Shown here: positions 62,116-64,000 of the stretch, one piece after another
How the letters are laid out: every line of letters begins with the position of its first letter
Position numbering within the stretch: position 1 is the first letter of the stretch
Source of the DNA: an uncultured Candidatus Rokubacteria bacterium
GTDB taxonomy: Bacteria > Methylomirabilota > Methylomirabilia > Rokubacteriales > CSP1-6
Direction: 5' to 3'
Assembly (NCBI GenBank): GCA_963771355.1
Contig: CAVYTA010000007.1
Location: 608,001-672,000 of the forward strand
DNA: 64,000 nt
Notes under the pieces: model-generated
What the model was told of the DNA's origin: nothing
The model's database searches: none
The model's input: the letters and a program-made list of their open reading frames with translations, nothing else
Made by a program: the position numbers and the translations under genes

Positions 62116-62873
62116 GCGTGCCGATCGATCCGGTTGGGCCGCCGTATCTCACCTCCGCCCTGCTCGAGCGCGCGGGACTGCCGCATCTCTTCACCACGCG
62201 CCATTTCCCCGGCGTCGCGAGCACCGCCGATGGCGGCGAGCCCTTCACCCCGGAAGCCCGCCCGCTCCTGTCCGGGCGCGGCCTCGCGGGCGCCCCCGCC
62301 TATGCGCGCCAGATCCACGGGGCCGAGGTGCTCGTGGCGGAGCGCGAGGGCCGGCTGGGCGAGGCCGACGCCCTCCTCACCGAGCGCGTGGCCCTGCCCC
62401 TGGCCATCTTCACCGCCGATTGCCTCCCGCTGATCCTCTACGACCCCGCGGGACGACGCCTCGCCGCCGTCCACGCGGGCTGGCGCGGCACCGTGCAGTC
62501 GGTGGCCCGCGCCGCGGTGGACCGTCTCGTGGAGGCCGGCTCTCCCGCCGATGGGCTCGTGGTGGCCATCGGCCCCTCCATCGGCCCCTGCTGCTACGAG
62601 GTAGACGGCCCCGTGATCGAGCGGCTGAGCGCGGCCTTCCCCGGCGGCTGGGAGCGATGGACCATTCCCGCGGGGCCGGGGAAATGGATGCTCGACCTCT
62701 GGCAGGCCAACGAGGATCAGCTAGCGGCCGCCGACGTGGACCGCGCCATGATCGAGAACCTGCGCCTGTGCACCGCCTGCAATCCGGATCGCTTCTTCTC
62801 CTACCGTCGTGAGGGTTCGGTGCGCCTCGGCCGTACCGGCCGCCTGGTAGCCATGGCCGCCATCCCGGGCTGA
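62112..62873 (+). CDS. pgeF: Peptidoglycan editing factor PgeF/YfiH
   Basis: QIHG, TADCLP, HAGWRG, GPCCYEV, FFSYR. Confidence 0.92.
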   Translation: MSVPIDPVGPPYLTSALLERAGLPHLFTTRHFPGVASTADGGEPFTPEARPLLSGRGLAGAPAYARQIHGAEVLVAEREGRLGEADALLTERVALPLAIFTADCLPLILYDPAGRRLAAVHAGWRGTVQSVARAAVDRLVEAGSPADGLVVAIGPSIGPCCYEVDGPVIERLSAAFPGGWERWTIPAGPGKWMLDLWQANEDQLAAADVDRAMIENLRLCTACNPDRFFSYRREGSVRLGRTGRLVAMAAIPG

Positions 62874-62941
62874 GCCCACACTCCGGCTCCGTGCTAGAAT
62901 TGCCCAGCCGGACAGGGGTTTAGCCCCCTCCGGACTTCACG

Positions 62942-63646
62942 ATGAACATCGACGTCGACATCAAGGCCAATCTCGAAGCCGTCCAGGAGAGTATCGCGCG
63001 AGCATGCCGGAGCGCGGGCCGTGCTCCGGGCGAGGTGCTGCTCATCGCCGTGTCGAAGACGGTGGACGTCGAGCGCATCCGGGCCGCCGTCGCGGCCGGC
63101 GCGGCGGCGCTGGGCGAGAACCGAGTGCAGGAGGCCAAGGACAAGGTGGCCGCGCTGGGCCGGCCGGTGCCGTGGCATCTCATCGGGTCGCTCCAGACCA
63201 ACAAGGCGCGGGACGCGGCCATGCTCTTCGACTGGATCCACTCGGTGGATCGGCTCGAGCTGGCGCGGGAGCTGGACCGGCGCGCCCACGCGGTGGGGCG
63301 CAAAGTGCGGGGGCTCCTCCAGGTGAACCTCGGCGACGAGCCGCAGAAGGGCGGGGCGGCGCCGGGCGAGGTGAAGGCGCTGCTGGACGAGATGCGCGGT
63401 CTCACGCATCTCGAGATCCGCGGTCTCATGGCCATTCCGCCGCAGGTGGCGGACGCCGAGGCGGCGCGGCCCTACTTTCGACGGCTGCGCGAGCTGCGCG
63501 ACGCCGCCGGCCTCGAGCATCTCTCGATGGGCATGAGCGCGGACTTTGCGCAGGCCATCGAGGAGGGCGCGACCATGGTGCGGGTAGGGACCTCGATATT
63601 CGGTCCTCGGCAGGGGCCTGGGGTCGCACGGGAGAAGCGCGCGTGA
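62942..63646 (+). CDS. yggS: PLP homeostasis protein YggS
   Basis: AVSK, GENRVQE, WHLIGSLQTNK, SMGMS, RVGTSIFG. Confidence 0.95.
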   Translation: MNIDVDIKANLEAVQESIARACRSAGRAPGEVLLIAVSKTVDVERIRAAVAAGAAALGENRVQEAKDKVAALGRPVPWHLIGSLQTNKARDAAMLFDWIHSVDRLELARELDRRAHAVGRKVRGLLQVNLGDEPQKGGAAPGEVKALLDEMRGLTHLEIRGLMAIPPQVADAEAARPYFRRLRELRDAAGLEHLSMGMSADFAQAIEEGATMVRVGTSIFGPRQGPGVAREKRA

Positions 63647-64000
63647 GCATCAAGGGCAAGCGGGTGGGATTCCTCGGCTCCGGGAACATGGGCGAAGCCT
63701 TGATCCGCGGCATGCTCCAGGCCGGGCTCGTGCCCAAGGAGGACATCCTCGCCTCGGATGCCCAGCCGCAGCGTCTGGCCCACGTCACCGGGCAGTACGG
63801 CATTCGCGGCGTGGCCGGCAATCGCGAGCTCGTGCGCGAGGCCGACGTGATCGTGCTTGCGGTGAAGCCGCAGGTCATGGGCGCGGTGCTGGGGGAGGTC
63901 GCCTCAATCATCGAGGGCGGAAAGCTCTTCATCTCGCTGGCGGCGGGGGTGCCCACCGGCACCCTCCGTGCGCATCTGGGTCGGCCCGCGCGCCTCATTC
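63643..64000 (+). CDS. proC: Pyrroline-5-carboxylate reductase (3'-truncated)
   Basis: VSIKGKRVGFLGSGNMGEAL..LAVKPQ..ISLAAGV. Confidence 0.9.
   Translation, partial: MSIKGKRVGFLGSGNMGEALIRGMLQAGLVPKEDILASDAQPQRLAHVTGQYGIRGVAGNRELVREADVIVLAVKPQVMGAVLGEVASIIEGGKLFISLAAGVPTGTLRAHLGRPARLI

Overview
Very GC-rich bacterial chromosomal window. It resembles Ca. Rokubacteria/Methylomirabilota in gene content and style (inference only), and scattered single-base frameshifts look like long-read errors. Three blocks. (1) About 1-22.3 kb: a general-stress/envelope island with cyclic beta-1,2-glucan synthase, PRC-barrel, metallothionein-like, SRPBCC, three BON proteins, class A PBP, holin-like, F420 LLM, M48 protease, AI-2E, ferritin-like and cardiolipin synthase genes. 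It carries nine sigma54 -24/-12 promoter motifs, a recurring GGTA-N5-(T/G)ACC candidate enhancer, one NtrC-family activator, and a divergent stand-alone HisKA/DHp microprotein whose H-box (HALRTP) lacks the kinase acidic residue but keeps the phosphatase Thr. Together these suggest a self-contained sigma54 stress regulon with feedback control, the best candidate for an undescribed system here. (2) About 22.3-45.2 kb: mixed metabolism and transport (SDRs, RluA, ybbPA/LysE/tesA, fused indolepyruvate oxidoreductase, sodC, peptide-type ABC + amidase + hydroxyacyl-CoA dehydrogenase, orphan pilin, lipoproteins). (3) 45.4-64 kb: dcw cluster mraZ-ftsZ lacking murG and ddl, followed by pgeF, yggS and partial proC. 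No rRNA, tRNA, CRISPR or mobile element was recognised.
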